DNA of 64,000 nucleotides from an uncultured Clostridiaceae bacterium (GTDB lineage Bacteria; Bacillota; Clostridia; TANB77; CAG-508): NCBI GenBank assembly GCA_947577025.1, contig CANPTO010000012.1, positions 1,484 to 65,483 of the forward strand, read 5' to 3'. Shown piece by piece: positions 52,254 to 62,772 of this stretch (position 1 is its first letter; each line of letters starts with the position of its first letter). The notes under the pieces were generated by a model. It saw only the letters and a program-made list of their open reading frames with translations, ran no database searches and was not told where the DNA came from. The position numbers and the translations under genes were made by a program.

Positions 52254-53539
52254 TTATTTCACTCTTTCTATATTCATTTCAGTATCTAATTTTACAATGC
52301 CTACACAATCTTTGCTAGATATTACTTCTACTAGTAAAGCTTCATATTTTCTATTTAATACTTCTAGTTCTCCTTTTGCATTTATATGTGTGCAACTAAA
52401 TGATAGTGTATATTGACCTGGTGCTATTGGAAGCTTTTGCTTAAATTCTGCTATAGCTATATCTCCTTTTGTGAATTTACCTGTGTATACCTTTTCTATC
52501 ATAGAATTTGTTCCTGCAATTTCAATTCCATTAAAGTTTTTTATTGTCATTGTAAATATTGGACTCTCTACTTCTTTATTGAATTTAATTTTTGATTTTA
52601 ATAAAATTATTTTTGAATTATCTATCGCATTTAAATAGTTTCCATCTTCATCAAATATACCGTAATCTATGACTTCAGCTTCTTTATTTCCATATTCTAT
52701 TAAATTTGGATTTTGGTTAAAGTTATTTTTCCAAGTATTTTTGTCTTCTTTTTCATTTTCCTTTTTATTTTCGATTTCTTCATTTTTATCGTCACTTGGC
52801 TCTTTATGATTTCCTGTTATTATTTTTTTATAAAGTTCTACCCCTTCTTTAACATCTCCATCAAATGTCTTCTTTCCGTGATTGCAATATTATGGCTCTT
52901 GTACAATTTTTAAGTACATCTGTTACATTGTGTGTTACAAAAAGTATTGTTTTCCCTCTCTTTTTAAATTCTTCAAACTTTTTAAAACATTTTAATTGGA
53001 ATGCCATATCTCCTACTGATAAAACTTCATCTACTATTAAAATGTCAGGGTCTACATTTATTGCACATGCAAATGCTAAACGCGCAAACATACCTGATGA
53101 ATATGTTTTTACTGGTTGATATAGATGCTGTCCTATATCTGCAAAGTCTATTATTTCTTGTTTTTTACTTTCAATTTCTTGTTTTGAAAGCCCCATTACT
53201 TGTGCATGTTGGTATATGTTTTCCTCTCCTGTAAGTTCCATGTTAAAGGCTGTTCCTAATTCTAATAGTGAGCTTATTTTCCCATTTATTTTTAAGCTTC
53301 CGCGAAGTAGGAACTGTAACTCCTGTTATTATTTTTAAAAGTGTTGATTTTCCTGCTCCGTTTTTTCCTAGTATTCCTAATATTTCGCCTTTTTTTACTT
53401 TTAGTTCTAAACCCTCTAGTGCATTAAAATTTGTGTGGTTATTATATTTGGGAATTATCATTTCTAATAGTCTTGACTTTTTTCCTTTATACATTTTGTA
53501 GCTTTTAGTTAAGTTTTCAATTTCTATAATATTTTCCAT
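52254..53539 (-). CDS. Wzt/TagH-like ABC transporter ATP-binding protein with a C-terminal extension; needs +1 steps at two CGG codons
   Basis: Walker [10 protein letters not shown], signature YSSGM and Walker B ILIVDE are present. The junctions read GVTVPTS|[28 protein letters not shown] and RAIILQS|[19 protein letters not shown]. The joined length is about 427 aa. Confidence 0.85.
52876..52878 (-). other. in-frame CGG at a +1 frame junction
   Basis: The sense strand reads TCA-CGG-AAA. The +1 frame runs uninterrupted into ORF 52254..52550. Confidence 0.85.
53300..53302 (-). other. in-frame CGG at a +1 frame junction
   Basis: The sense strand reads TCG-CGG-AAG. The PTSG...ELG...F...ELTG ABC motif pins the junction. 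Confidence 0.85.
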
Positions 53540-53688
53540 TCGTTTACCTTTCTTTTATATTTATACTAACGGGTAGAGACAACCTCACTTATTTCTACCT
53601 CACTTGTCTCTCGAAGAACAAAAAGGCACAGTGGTGTCATTGTCAATGATGTATTCACACAAACGGTGCCCCTACACCTCTTTAGTTC

Positions 53689-54483
53689 CTATAATACATC
53701 TGCAAAGTCTTTTTTGTTTCTTTTAAATATACTGTTTCCCCATATAAATAGAATAATTGTTATTGCCCAAAATATTATTGTATATATTCCGTTACTACCT
53801 GTTATTATATTGGTTTCATTTATAAATACTTGCCTCATTCCTGTTACTAAATACGTAAATGGTATACATTGTATTAATTTTAATATTGTACCATGTTCTG
53901 CAAGCATGCTTAAATTCCATATAATTGGTGTAAACCAGAAAAATAATTGCATTGCTATTCCTAGTAAATTGCTAAAGTCTGGTATTATTGTTGTTATTGC
54001 TGATGTGAACCTTGTAAAGGCTATAACAAAACAGTACATTGCAAATATTATATATAGTAATATTAAAATATTTGGTGGACGTTTAAATATTATGCACACT
54101 CCTACTGAAACTAAAAATAAAAATATTCCTACAAAACTTGATGCTACTATTGATATATTTGGTATTATATCTACTGGAAATACTACTTTTTTTACTAAAT
54201 AACTATATGTTCTAATTGAGCTACTTGCACTCATTATCATATCATTTAATGTTTGCCACATTGCCATTGCTGGTATAAACCATACTGCATATGTGTAGTC
54301 TCCACTACTTTTAGTTTTTAATATACTTTCAAATACTATTACATATGTTATCATAAATATAAATGGTTGCAAAAACCCCCATATTGTACCTAAACTTGTA
54401 CTTGCAAACCTATTTTTGAAGTCGCTTTTTCCTAGTTGCCATACTAATTTCCTATTTTTTATTAATGTTTTTATATATTCCAT
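53689..54483 (-). CDS. Wzm/TagG-like ABC-2 transporter permease
   Basis: A 264-aa protein with 6 transmembrane helices and an ABC-2 type N-terminus (LVWQLGKSDFKNRFASTSLGTIWGFLQP). Confidence 0.85.
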   Translation of the reverse strand: MEYIKTLIKNRKLVWQLGKSDFKNRFASTSLGTIWGFLQPFIFMITYVIVFESILKTKSSGDYTYAVWFIPAMAMWQTLNDMIMSASSSIRTYSYLVKKVVFPVDIIPNISIVASSFVGIFLFLVSVGVCIIFKRPPNILILLYIIFAMYCFVIAFTRFTSAITTIIPDFSNLLGIAMQLFFWFTPIIWNLSMLAEHGTILKLIQCIPFTYLVTGMRQVFINETNIITGSNGIYTIIFWAITIILFIWGNSIFKRNKKDFADVL

Positions 54484-54500
54484 TTATCGTTTTCTCCTCT

Positions 54501-54727
54501 TTTTTTATATTCTTAGCAAAGTCATCCACGATAGTTAAGTTAGCTGTTCGAACGTTAGTGAGTTACAGATAACTTATGCGTAGTGAAACGAAGAAGGTGA
54601 GTTTCCTTAGAAGATAGTTATGGAAGAATTAGATTTTCTTAGCGAAGATTTCATAGCTGTTTGACCGTAGGGAATTACAGATATGATATACTGTGTAATG
54701 AGCTTAGAAAATTTTATTCTTGTTTTT
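54501..54727. repeat. mosaic intergenic repeat, copy B (inverted relative to copy A)
   Basis: See copy A. This copy carries an extra internal module of about 60 bp. Confidence 0.85.
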
Positions 54728-55725
54728 TATTTTATTAAATATACTATATATGATATTAGTGGAAAATGGAACAACATTGTTTCTTTTATTTTTCTTTTTC
54801 CTATTCCTTTAAATTCTAAGTATTTTTTGTATTTTCCTAGCATTATATTTAATATGTTTGTTTTTAGTAGTTTTTCGTAATATTTTATTACATTTTCTTC
54901 TTCTTTACTATTTTCTAATTTTAGTTTTTCTCTATATTCATTGCACATTATACTCCCATTTAGGTAGGCCGTTTTTATTACTCTTTCATTTCTATATTTT
55001 TTGTATGCTTTATAACTAATTCCATTTTCTTTTTTCCACTTTGACAAATTTTGCTCTAGGCTTCTTCCTCCAAATTCATTTGTACTATGAATTCTATACC
55101 CAAATAATGGTTTTTGTATATATGCTATTCCATTTTGTTTTGAGGCTAAGTATACATTTAGCCAGTCATGTGCCATTACATTTTTGCTAAATGGTAGCAT
55201 TTGTTCTTTTATTTTTTTTGTAAATACTGTCGAACATCCTATTGCTATATGTCTTGAAAAGGCTAATATATTTCCTTTTCCATTTATTATTGGCATATTT
55301 TTGTATTTTATATAACTTTCATTTATAACTTGTCCATTACTATTAATTTGATTACAGTCTGAATAAACTAAGTCTACTTTTTTTTCTTTTAGTGTTTTTA
55401 TACATTCTTCTATTTTGTTTTCATACCATATATCGTCATGGTCTGCAAATGCTATATATTCTGCGTTTGATTTTGTTAGTAAATATTCAAAATTTTTAAT
55501 ATAGCCTATGTTTTCTTTTCTTGTATATAATGTTATTCTTTCATCTTGTTTTTCGTATTTTTTTAATGTTTCTATTACTTCTTTTTTTTGTGAGTTGTCA
55601 TCACTTATTATTAGGTTTATATTTTTATATGTTTGATTTAATATGCTATTTATTTGCTCTTTTAAATATTGTATGTTTGTGTTGTATGTTGCAAGTAAAA
55701 TATCAATTTTTTCATTATTATTCAT
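54727..55725 (-). CDS. family 2 glycosyltransferase
   Basis: The sequence contains IDILLATYNTNIQYLKEQINSILNQTY...SDDNS...ADHDDIW. Confidence 0.85.
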   Translation of the reverse strand: MNNNEKIDILLATYNTNIQYLKEQINSILNQTYKNINLIISDDNSQKKEVIETLKKYEKQDERITLYTRKENIGYIKNFEYLLTKSNAEYIAFADHDDIWYENKIEECIKTLKEKKVDLVYSDCNQINSNGQVINESYIKYKNMPIINGKGNILAFSRHIAIGCSTVFTKKIKEQMLPFSKNVMAHDWLNVYLASKQNGIAYIQKPLFGYRIHSTNEFGGRSLEQNLSKWKKENGISYKAYKKYRNERVIKTAYLNGSIMCNEYREKLKLENSKEEENVIKYYEKLLKTNILNIMLGKYKKYLEFKGIGKRKIKETMLFHFPLISYIVYLIK

Positions 55726-55914
55726 ATTTAATATTTTCCCTCTTTTTGTTTATTTTTGATAGGGTTATTGTATATTTTATTTGCTTATTTGTCAAGGTTT
55801 TTAAGCTATATTGCCAAGGTTATTTCTGGTATATTGAGCGCTGCAAAAAAAGTAAGTCAAAATTCTTCGTCCCCATTGACTTCCTTTTTGACTTACTTTT
55901 TTTACAGCCCTATT

Positions 55915-57099
55915 TTATTTTTCATTAATTATTTCATCTTTAAAGCTTTTTCCGTTTTCTAGTTTTGGCATTTTTAGTATTTCTAATATTGTGGCTGATA
56001 TGTCTGACATTGTTTGCCTTGTTCCTATATTTGTGTTTGGCTTTATTTGCTCACCATATATTAGTATTGGTGTGTATTCTCTTGAGTGGTCTGTGCTTGG
56101 AGTTGTTGGGTCATTTCCATGGTCTGATGTTATTATTAGTATGTCAGTTTGTTTCATGTTCTTTATTATTTCAGGAATTTTGCTGTCAAAGTATTCTAGT
56201 GCTTTACTATACCCTTCTACATTATTTCTATGACCATATAACATGTCTGTATCTACTAAGTTTGTAAATATTAGTCCTTCTGTATTATTTTTTATTTCTT
56301 GTATTGTTTTTTCTATTCCATCTTCATTTCCTTTTGTGTGATAACTTTTTGTTATTCCTCTTTTACTAAATAGGTCTTCTATTTTTCCTATAGCTATTAC
56401 TTCTTTTCCTTCTTCTTTTATTTGGTCTAACATTGTTCTTCCAAAAGTGTTACTTTCAAAGTCTTTTCTGTTATATGTTCTTTCAAAATTTTCTTTATTT
56501 GTTCCTATAAATGGTCTTGCTATAACTGTTCCTACATTATATTGTGGCTTATCTAGTATTTTTCTTGTTATTTCACATATTTTATATAGCTTTTCTACTG
56601 GTATTATTTCTTCATGTGCTGCTATTTGAAATACACTATCTGCTGATGTGTATATTATTGGGTAACCTGTTTGTGTGTGTTCTTCTCCATATTGTTTTAG
56701 TATTTCTGTTCCTGAGCCTACCTCATTACATAGTACTCCTTTTATTCCTGTTTTTTCTTTGAATTCTTCTATCATTTCTTTTGGGAATGCTTGTGGATAT
56801 GTTGTAAAGCCTGGGTTTGTTATGTGTCCTGATATTTCCCAATGACCTACTGGGCTGTTTTTTCCGATTGATTTTTCAGCTAGTTTTCCATAGGCTCCTA
56901 TTGGTTTTTCTTCTTTTTCGTTTATTCCTATTTGGTCTATATTGTATATTCCTAGCTTTTTCATGTTTGGTAGGTTTGGTTTGCAGGTGTTATATATTCC
57001 TTTTAGTGTGTTACTTCCAGTGTCTCCATATTTGCTAGCATCAGGTAGCTCACCTACTCCAAAGCCATCTAATACTATTATTATCGCTCTATTTATCAT
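55915..57099 (-). CDS. deoB: phosphopentomutase
   Basis: A 394-aa protein containing MINRAIIIVLDGFGVGELPDA...TSDHGNDPT. Confidence 0.95.
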   Translation of the reverse strand: MINRAIIIVLDGFGVGELPDASKYGDTGSNTLKGIYNTCKPNLPNMKKLGIYNIDQIGINEKEEKPIGAYGKLAEKSIGKNSPVGHWEISGHITNPGFTTYPQAFPKEMIEEFKEKTGIKGVLCNEVGSGTEILKQYGEEHTQTGYPIIYTSADSVFQIAAHEEIIPVEKLYKICEITRKILDKPQYNVGTVIARPFIGTNKENFERTYNRKDFESNTFGRTMLDQIKEEGKEVIAIGKIEDLFSKRGITKSYHTKGNEDGIEKTIQEIKNNTEGLIFTNLVDTDMLYGHRNNVEGYSKALEYFDSKIPEIIKNMKQTDILIITSDHGNDPTTPSTDHSREYTPILIYGEQIKPNTNIGTRQTMSDISATILEILKMPKLENGKSFKDEIINEK

Positions 57100-57255
57100 T
57101 TTTTCCTCCTTTTTATCTTTTTTCGTATTGTTTTATGTTACCAATTAATGTTTTTTATATAAAAACCTTCGAAGAAATTGCTATATAAATTGTAGAGGAT
57201 TTTTTCTTTAAAGCATTAACTAGTACTATTTTATTGTCTTGTTTCTAGGTCAATG

Positions 57256-59559
57256 CTAGTTTCCTTGTATTGTTAGGTCGTATTCGTATACTTTTATTTG
57301 TTTTATTTGGTTTTCATAGTCACTTTTTATTATGTTTGTGTAGAATTCTTTTTGTGATATTGGTTTTAGATTGTAATTTTGTAATTCTATTAGTGTTTTT
57401 GTTTGTACGTCCATTCCTAGTGGTAGTGTTTTATTTAGGTTGTCGTAAAACATTATGTTTGTATAAAATATTACTGGCATTTTTTCTTTTATGTTTATTT
57501 TATATAAGTTTAGTTTTTCACCTTTTATTTCGCTTTTTTGTATTTCGTCTGCTAAATTTATATTTAATATTTCAAATCCTTTTTCATTTAAGTTTTCTCC
57601 TTCTTTAGTTACTTTGTATACAGATATATTGTATGGACTAATCATTTTTCCATTTGCTTCTTTTAGGAGTTTTCTATAATTTTCTACATTTTCTTTATAT
57701 TCTTCTATTGTTGTTTCTGATTTTATTCCTAATATTTTGTATTTGTCTTTTTCTATTTCTCTATGTTTGTTTCCTTTTAGTATTTTTGTTTTTGTTTTGT
57801 CTTGTGCTATGTTTCCAAATATATCAAAGTCTTTTACTTCTATTTCTTCTATATTATTTGCATACTCTTCTTTTAGTGCTTTTATTTTTTTTGTTATTTG
57901 TGTATCATCTTTTTTTAGTATTTTTTCTTTGTTTAGTATATTAAATGTATCTATGTCATTTAATATTGCATATACTGCATCACATTCATTTTTTGAAAAT
58001 ATTTCTCTTTGTTTTTCATCAACTTTTTTTCCTAGCTCTTCTATGTCTTCTTCAAAGCTGAATTGTTTTTCTAGCTTTCTTTTATTTTCTTGCTCTTGTT
58101 TTTCTGCTTCCATTAACATATTTACTTCATCTTTGTTTGTGAATTTCCAAAAGTCAAATATGCTTTTTTTATGGCTTTCTATTTCGTTTATGTATAATGT
58201 GGCATTTTGTATTTTTCTTTGTAAGTTTTCTTTTTTGTTTTCTAATGCTTTTATATCCATTTGCATATTTTTTAATTTTGTTTCTTCTTTTAATAGATTT
58301 TCACATACTTTTAGTAAGTCCTCTATTGTGTATAGGTCTTTTTTTTCTATTCTTTCTATTGGATTTATTTGTACTGTTTTGGTTTCTTCGTTCTCTTGTA
58401 TTATATTTACTTGTTTTGGTTTACTTATTTTGTTTTCTTTTTTAAAGAAATATTTCACTTTTCCAAAAAAGCTTTTCTTACATTCTAGAAAATTTGTTAT
58501 TTGTTTTTCTTTTTGTATGAATTCATCTTTTTGTTTTCTTACTGTTTCTTTTAGTAATTCTAAGTTTTCTATTTTTAGTATATTTTCATTAAATGTTTTT
58601 TCTGTATTTTCTTGCTTTTCTTCTACTTCTTGTTTTATGAATTCTGATAAATTTTCATATGTTATTTTTTTCGAATTATAATAAAAGTCTAAGCTTCCTT
58701 CTTCATTTATGCTTGCTTTAAAGTTATAACCTGTTCCATCTGTTGATTGTAATATAAATAGTGCTTTTAATAGCTTAAATTTTTTTACTGCTTCTTCTTT
58801 ATCTTTTAATGTTATTTTATATATGCTTTTTACTTCTTCGTAAATTTCGGTTTTTCCTATTATTTGGATTGTTTCTTCTTCTTTTTGATTATAAACTTCA
58901 TATATGCTTGGCCATTCTTTTGTGAAAAACCATAAATAGTTTTCTAAGTCTGTTATTTGTGCTTTTTTTATCATTTTATTTGTGTATTCCATATGAGTTA
59001 CTGGTACATATATTGTTTCTTTTTTCTTAGTTTTTTGTGCTGCTATTTTTTTCTTTATTAAATAAAATAGTGCTTCTGCATTGTCCTCATTGCTTGAAAA
59101 TAGCATAAAGTATTTGTCTTCTATTTCTGAATAATATATTTGCCATATATAATTGTTTTTATATTTTATTTCATATGGTATAGTTTTATTTAACTTTTTT
59201 TGCTCATCTTCTATTATTTTCATTTTTTCTAAGTCTAATCTTCTTATCATGTTTAGAAAAGTAGTGTATTGTTCTATTGTTTCTTCACTTTCTGAGTTTA
59301 AATAAAATGCAAGTGGCAGAGCTTTTTTTAGTTTTTCGTTTAAGTCGTCTAACCTGTCTGCTGGAGTTATTAATATTTCTATATCTTTTATATTTACATG
59401 TTTATATACTTTATAATTATTATCTTCATATGCTTTTATTGCTTTGTACTTTATTTTTTCTATGTTTAGTAGACTCTCTGGTATATTTTCTAAATCTAAT
59501 CCTATATTTTTTAGTTTTTTTTCTATTGTTTTATTATCTTCCTTCGTATTTTTTTGCAC
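57256..59559 (-). CDS. large Lys/Glu-rich coiled-coil protein of unknown function (767 aa)
   Basis: A GTG start lies 9 nt after GGAGG. There are long heptad-like K/E stretches. I recognise no family. Confidence 0.5.
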   Translation of the reverse strand: MQKNTKEDNKTIEKKLKNIGLDLENIPESLLNIEKIKYKAIKAYEDNNYKVYKHVNIKDIEILITPADRLDDLNEKLKKALPLAFYLNSESEETIEQYTTFLNMIRRLDLEKMKIIEDEQKKLNKTIPYEIKYKNNYIWQIYYSEIEDKYFMLFSSNEDNAEALFYLIKKKIAAQKTKKKETIYVPVTHMEYTNKMIKKAQITDLENYLWFFTKEWPSIYEVYNQKEEETIQIIGKTEIYEEVKSIYKITLKDKEEAVKKFKLLKALFILQSTDGTGYNFKASINEEGSLDFYYNSKKITYENLSEFIKQEVEEKQENTEKTFNENILKIENLELLKETVRKQKDEFIQKEKQITNFLECKKSFFGKVKYFFKKENKISKPKQVNIIQENEETKTVQINPIERIEKKDLYTIEDLLKVCENLLKEETKLKNMQMDIKALENKKENLQRKIQNATLYINEIESHKKSIFDFWKFTNKDEVNMLMEAEKQEQENKRKLEKQFSFEEDIEELGKKVDEKQREIFSKNECDAVYAILNDIDTFNILNKEKILKKDDTQITKKIKALKEEYANNIEEIEVKDFDIFGNIAQDKTKTKILKGNKHREIEKDKYKILGIKSETTIEEYKENVENYRKLLKEANGKMISPYNISVYKVTKEGENLNEKGFEILNINLADEIQKSEIKGEKLNLYKINIKEKMPVIFYTNIMFYDNLNKTLPLGMDVQTKTLIELQNYNLKPISQKEFYTNIIKSDYENQIKQIKVYEYDLTIQGN

Positions 59560-59633
59560 TTTTTGCTTCCTCCTAATGTTTTTTCTTTTTTTAGTATATC
59601 ATATATGTTTTTTTTGAGCAATTATTTATTTTA

Positions 59634-59782
59634 AAAAACAAGAATAAAATTTACTAAGCACATTACACAGTATATCATATCTGTAATTCCCTACGGTCAA
59701 ACAGCTAAGAAATCTTCGTTAAGATTTCTTAGTCGTAGCATTTTAATTCGTACGAATAAGTTATACTTTAGTAAAATCTAAT
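59634..59782. repeat. mosaic intergenic repeat, copy C
   Basis: 59634-59723 resembles copy A in direct orientation, and 59715-59782 resembles 16243-16310. Confidence 0.7.
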
Positions 59783-59883
59783 ATGTGTAAATAATATTTC
59801 ACATTTTTACAAAGTGATTCAATAGATAAAAACGAAACTTAAAATTTGAATTATAACTCTATACTAAATATAAAGGGCAAACA

Positions 59884-59920
59884 AAAACCTCAGTGAAAAA
59901 TCACTGAGGTTTTTGTTTTT
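59884..59920 (-). terminator. terminator downstream of the 60-64 kb operon
   Basis: Stem aacctcagtga / tcactgaggtt flanked by an A-run and a T-run (bidirectional). Confidence 0.7.
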
Positions 59921-59999
59921 AAAGATTTATAAAGTTTTATTCTCACTAACAAACCCTTCGTTTTCGTCAATATTTAAAATAATCACATTTTCCTCCTTG

Positions 60000-60842
60000 C
60001 TAATTTGCATTTACGCAATTCATTGAATCAAAGAATTTACTCATACAATCTACATTAGATGAATCTCTTAATGACATTCTAGCCATATCGAAGTTTAACA
60101 TTGAAAATACTATTATTACTAAATCTGAAGAATTTAGTTTAGCAAGCATATTTAAAGTTTCGTATTCAAATTTTTGCATTTCCAATGCTATTACTATTCT
60201 ACTGTTTGAATAAGATCTGTAATTTTGACGACGTCTAACTGCATCAATTATATTTAATAAATATTTATGTCTTACAGGTTTAGCAAAAATTTTTAGTGGT
60301 GCATTTATTCCTGCATAATGCATTGCATTTTCATCATCACTAGAAGCATAAATTCCTTCCATAATAAACACGATTTCATAATACAGGACTTCACTTACTT
60401 CATAACCCCTTTTATTGCGTGCATAAGCAAGCAAACTTTCTCCTATGTCGACATAAACATCTGATGTTATTTCTATTTTTCCTAAGAAAAGAAGATTATC
60501 TTTCATTTCCTCTAAACTAAGTACATTGTTAATAGCAACATCTGAATTCATTCCGAAAACTCCAATCATATTGTTATCATTTCTTCCTGATGTAATTACT
60601 TCAATACAGCTTTTTAATCTAGCAGTTGCACTATTTATTCTCTCTAACACAGTTTCTTCATTTTCTGTATTTTCTATTTCATATTCATCCTCTAACTGAT
60701 TTTCTTGTTCTACTACTAAAGTTTCATTATTAGAGCTATTGCTATTTTTCGTTCTAATATTCACTTGTTTTTTTGGGTTTTGTGCTGAATCATCTTGGAA
60801 CCGAATAACACGATTAAATGACATATTTTTTTCTCCTCTCAT
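60000..60842 (-). CDS. hypothetical protein (274-280 aa), last gene of the operon
   Basis: The ATG at 60842 overlaps the upstream stop codon (ATGA). An alternative ATG at 60824 follows a GAGGAG site. There is an in-frame CGG at 60801-60803. I recognise no family. Confidence 0.5.
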   Translation of the reverse strand: MRGEKNMSFNRVIRFQDDSAQNPKKQVNIRTKNSNSSNNETLVVEQENQLEDEYEIENTENEETVLERINSATARLKSCIEVITSGRNDNNMIGVFGMNSDVAINNVLSLEEMKDNLLFLGKIEITSDVYVDIGESLLAYARNKRGYEVSEVLYYEIVFIMEGIYASSDDENAMHYAGINAPLKIFAKPVRHKYLLNIIDAVRRRQNYRSYSNSRIVIALEMQKFEYETLNMLAKLNSSDLVIIVFSMLNFDMARMSLRDSSNVDCMSKFFDSMNCVNAN

Positions 60843-62230
60843 AAATTTAATGTAGGAATTAATAATATTTTTGCCTTTTGCTTAATTCCAGTTTTGAATT
60901 TTCCATTTTCAAAAACTTCATAAAACAAACTTCTTGCTTCTAAAGTGTACTTTTCTTTCAAATATTTATGATTTCTTCGAAAGTCTAATTCACTTCTTGA
61001 ATCGCTAACATATTTAAAAATTTCTTGTAAAGCACTTTCTAAATCAAGTTTAACGTTGGTATCTGTACTAGCAACAAAATTGTATTTTTGCCCATCATTT
61101 AAAATTTTTTTGGGTAAAGTTTTGAAAAAACTGTATGCCTTTACATATTCTTCAATGATTGACATTTCTATGTTGTTGCTGGTTTCATATGTGTATGCAC
61201 CAAACTTTTCTTTGATAATGTTTAACCTTTCTTCCCTTATTTCTAAAGGAATTTGGTCTTCCATTATAGAAGCTTTAGTTTCTAATACTTGCTCATAACT
61301 TGCAACTGCAATATCAGCAAAATATCCTTTTTGTAAATATTCAACTAGATTTTCAAACTCTAGCTTAGTTTCACCAGGAAACCCAACTATAACTTCTGTT
61401 GAAATCAGTATATCTGGTCTTACTTCTCGCAATTTTTGAATTCTAGCATCAGTAAAATCAAATGATGGCCTATTCATTTTCTTGAGGATCGGATTTGAAA
61501 CATGCTGAATATGTAGCATTATCTCTGTAATATTTCTATTTTTAGATATAACAGAAATCATTTCATCTGTTAACCCTGCAGGATGAAACCATCCAATTAC
61601 ATAGTTACAATTTGGAAACTCTGTGCAAACTTTTTGCATTAAATTTGGAAAACTTTTCCTTCCATATAAGTCGATCCCATAGTCAGACGTTTCCTGTGCT
61701 CCTGTAAGATATATTGTTGTTTCTGTTTCATATAAACTTTCAATCTCCAAAAGCACTTTTTCTATAGGTTTGCTTTTATATTTTTTACAAATTATGGAAT
61801 ATATACAGTATGAACACTTTTTCAAACAGCCTTCTGAAACAATTACTTTATTTTGAGGAACAATTTTTTTCAAAGGATAAATTTCTTCTCTTCTAAAGAA
61901 GTGAATTAATTCTTCAAAACTTTTGACCTCTATTCCAGGAATAGCTTTAAGTTCTTCTCTATTAATGGAAAGTAAACAACCTGTTACAATTACTTTTGCA
62001 TTTGTGAGAGCATTCGCTCTCACATCTGCAATTACTTGTACACTATACTTCTTTGTTTCTCCAAATGCACAAGTTTGTACAATAATTATATCTGCAATGG
62101 TATAATCGCAAACTACATCATAGTCCTCATTTTTAGTAATGTAATTTATAAGTATGTTTACTTGCTCTATATCCATATGCATATCATTACACATTATAAT
62201 AGCAATTTTTTGTTTCATATTTAGCTCCAT
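60839..62230 (-). CDS. MiaB/RimO-like methylthiotransferase-family radical SAM protein lacking an obvious TRAM domain
   Basis: The N-terminal UPF0004-like domain has three spaced Cys (IIMCND, VQTCAF, VTGCLL). The radical SAM motif is CLKKCSYC. The C-terminal 100 aa or so are divergent. An alternative start lies at 62218. Confidence 0.8.
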   Translation of the reverse strand: MELNMKQKIAIIMCNDMHMDIEQVNILINYITKNEDYDVVCDYTIADIIIVQTCAFGETKKYSVQVIADVRANALTNAKVIVTGCLLSINREELKAIPGIEVKSFEELIHFFRREEIYPLKKIVPQNKVIVSEGCLKKCSYCIYSIICKKYKSKPIEKVLLEIESLYETETTIYLTGAQETSDYGIDLYGRKSFPNLMQKVCTEFPNCNYVIGWFHPAGLTDEMISVISKNRNITEIMLHIQHVSNPILKKMNRPSFDFTDARIQKLREVRPDILISTEVIVGFPGETKLEFENLVEYLQKGYFADIAVASYEQVLETKASIMEDQIPLEIREERLNIIKEKFGAYTYETSNNIEMSIIEEYVKAYSFFKTLPKKILNDGQKYNFVASTDTNVKLDLESALQEIFKYVSDSRSELDFRRNHKYLKEKYTLEARSLFYEVFENGKFKTGIKQKAKILLIPTLNL

Positions 62231-62772
62231 TCTTCAAGGTGAACTTCTGATACATTATTTTGATAGTACTCTGGCTTCTTCTTTATGTTACTAATGCTGC
62301 CTAATGCTTTTTCAATAATTCCAAAGTTCATACAGGACTGCCCTTTAAAGCCTGATGTCTCAACATTTATTTTGCCATCATCCCCAATATTTACAACAGC
62401 TTTTCCTCCATTATTTTTGTTTATAAGTTTGATACTTGCTCCAGATTCATAAACTTTGTAGCCATTCTTTTTAGCTTCAATTTTTAGCTTTTCTATAGAA
62501 TATTGCCTTAAAAGTTCATTTCCATTTTTTCCTATGAATCTTTCAACATGTCCATCGTAAAAATCCGCATCAATGTCATATGTTCCGTTGTCTTTGGCTT
62601 CAATTGCTACATCATATTTGCCTGGAAGCTTTATGACGTTTTCTCTAGTTTGAGAACCGTAATAATACCGACATCCGGTATTGTGTTCAAAGCTTAAGTT
62701 CATATTTTGTGCTGCGTTTTTTAAAGCTTCTAAATCTCTAATTTCTGTTGTTATCTTCGTGAAATGGCTCAT
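62221..62772 (-). CDS. DUF1257 (Ycf35-like) N-terminal domain fused to a DUF2997-like C-terminal domain
   Basis: MSHFTKITTEIRDLEALKNAAQNMNL is the typical DUF1257 start. The C-terminal GFKGQSCMNFGIIEKALG resembles DUF2997. Both family assignments are from memory. The in-frame CGG at 62668-62670 is read through in frame. Confidence 0.65.
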   Translation of the reverse strand: MSHFTKITTEIRDLEALKNAAQNMNLSFEHNTGCRYYYGSQTRENVIKLPGKYDVAIEAKDNGTYDIDADFYDGHVERFIGKNGNELLRQYSIEKLKIEAKKNGYKVYESGASIKLINKNNGGKAVVNIGDDGKINVETSGFKGQSCMNFGIIEKALGSISNIKKKPEYYQNNVSEVHLEEWS

